DNA of 63,185 bases, counting the filler, from Neolecta irregularis DAH-3 (taxonomy: Eukaryota): NCBI GenBank assembly GCA_001929475.1. It is 7 parts of 7 records of this genome, joined end to end, with 100 filler letters (N's around TTAATTAATTAA, not from the genome) between each part and the next. Parts side by side here need not be neighbours in the genome. Positions count along the whole stretch, not along the records: positions 61,915 to 63,185 come from LXFE01002325.1; 6 more parts are not named here. One strand, 5' to 3'. The notes below the pieces were generated by a model, which saw only the letters and a list, made by a program, of their open reading frames with translations, ran no database searches and had not been told where the DNA came from. Of the stretch, positions 61,915-63,185 are shown piece by piece. Numbering within the stretch: the stretch's first letter is position 1; each line of letters opens with the position of its first letter. Position numbers and translations under genes: made by a program.

Positions 61915-62220
61915 ATCTCGGGCGAGCGCGCGCAGGGAGGCGGCGAGGATGAGGGAGGAGGGAGGAGGGCCAGAACAGAAGAGGAGGACTAGAGCAGAGG
62001 TGCGCGGGAGAGATAGACGGGAGAAGAGCGCGAGAAGAGCGCGAGGAGGATGAGATGGAAGAGGCTGGCGAGATGGACTGGCAAGGCGGGCAGGCGAGGC
62101 CGGTAGGAAGGCCAGGATTGGGGAAGGAGGGGTGGGCGGAGGCTGGGAGGGGTGTTGAATGGGGACGAGTTGCTGTGGCGGCGTGAGAGACGAGCAGGCA
62201 GATACTTAGAGAGAGAGACT
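61915..62220. repeat. GC-rich, purine-skewed low-complexity tract
   Basis: Mostly G/A on the plus strand with GGAGG, GGCGGG and GAGA runs. Confidence 0.75.
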
Positions 62221-62278
62221 CTACTGATATACAGAATGAGCATATCTGCTCACTACCGTCATCGGTCTGTCCGCCTCC

Positions 62279-63185
62279 CTAGTCAAGTACTGGTTGCGAT
62301 CGCTGTGATACTTCTTCGTCGTCATCATCTTGTAATTCATTTGTCGTAGTAGTAATAGGTCGAGGAGGTAAGATTTTCATATCATCTTGAACTGCAATTG
62401 CACCAACGCCTTTCAGTCCTGCGATTCCGTATCCCATGGCACCTAGTATTGCTCTGGTCTTTGGCCCTATCAAGCCGAGAGCAAACATTCCATGTCTTTC
62501 ACCAAGGCTTTTACCATAAGCATTCATCAAATAGTCATCCTTAAAGTCTACGACGTGTGAGGCATCATCATCGAGATAGATCTTTCGGCCATTACATAAA
62601 TTGGCATTGAAAAGCACGTCTCCATTGCCTACTGCAGATCCGAAAGCAGTCGATATCCGGTTGGGAAATGGATTTTCGCAAACAGAATCGCCTTCTCTCG
62701 GATAGTTTTTCCAATGTTTGGCTTCATTTCCCCATCGATTACTTAGAATCCTTCTTACTTCACCTGTTGTTATCCAATTACCTCCAAACTTGAACTTGAT
62801 GAATTTGCAGTACGCAGTGTCATAATGTTGACTGCTTATTGTTTCGCCAGTATTCACGTCTTTCATATAGTGGGAAACAGTAGGCATTAACTCTTCCGCA
62901 TTCCGTGACGTGTCCGAATTCCATTTAAAGCTGAAGCCAAGTACGTGTATCATCTCGTGCATCAGGATTTCAAGGTGACCATCAGTAAAACTATCCTGCA
63001 TTAATCTTAGCGCACTTTGACAAGTTGAACATACGTCGTTCCAATTTCCTGTGGGATTGAGCTTTATCAAACCATCGTATTCCATAAAAGGTGCTTGCAA
63101 TGATTCGTATTCCCCTGGCAAAAACATATTCTTCACAAGTGGCTGTGGATAGTACCTGGATCGTAAGAAATTTGGGATTTTGCAA
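62279..63185 (-). CDS. HEXXH zinc metalloprotease-like protein (leishmanolysin/M8-like architecture), 5' end beyond the window
   Basis: Frame open from the window end (RYYPQPLVKNM...); EILMHEMIHVLGFS zinc motif, distal ASHVV..DYLM (third ligand and Met-turn-like), IGPKTRAILGAMGY. Confidence 0.75.
   Translation of the reverse strand, partial: CKIPNFLRSRYYPQPLVKNMFLPGEYESLQAPFMEYDGLIKLNPTGNWNDVCSTCQSALRLMQDSFTDGHLEILMHEMIHVLGFSFKWNSDTSRNAEELMPTVSHYMKDVNTGETISSQHYDTAYCKFIKFKFGGNWITTGEVRRILSNRWGNEAKHWKNYPREGDSVCENPFPNRISTAFGSAVGNGDVLFNANLCNGRKIYLDDDASHVVDFKDDYLMNAYGKSLGERHGMFALGLIGPKTRAILGAMGYGIAGLKGVGAIAVQDDMKILPPRPITTTTNELQDDDDEEVSQRSQPVLD

Overview
Eukaryotic (fungal) genomic DNA: gene-dense, with many very short introns (~35-50 nt). 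The gene set and intron style suggest an early-diverging ascomycete (Taphrinomycotina, Neolecta-like); this is inference only. The window is seven contigs joined by artificial 100-nt linkers (44 N + TTAATTAATTAA + 44 N), so adjacency across linkers is not evidence of linkage. Most of it is housekeeping genes: DRE2, SCJ1-type DnaJ, RRP5, LST8, FMT1, ARD1, GH31 glucosidase, CENP-S/MHF1, polyubiquitin, btb1-like Ank-RCC1-BTB, TBCE, uL6m, uL15m, LSM3, GTPBP1, SPG1/TEM1, NHA1, MVP1. Most worth follow-up: (1) a 3.9-kb contig carrying the TBCE gene and bounded by 86-bp inverted repeats; (2) a contig that starts with the 3' end and ends with the 5' end of a GT8-like gene around a GT71 mannosyltransferase, suggesting a tandem glycosyltransferase array; (3) a polyubiquitin whose repeats differ in amino-acid sequence (G57/G57/A57, A19/S19); (4) a DMM-1-like JmjC + zf-4CXXC_R1 gene; (5) a Zip3/RNF212-like RING gene; (6) a HEXXH metalloprotease of a type I do not expect in ascomycetes; (7) a pogo/Fot1 transposase 5' end; (8) GC-rich, strand-skewed tracts on the small contigs. 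All family calls come from motif recognition by eye, without database searches. I did not identify a clearly novel multi-gene system.
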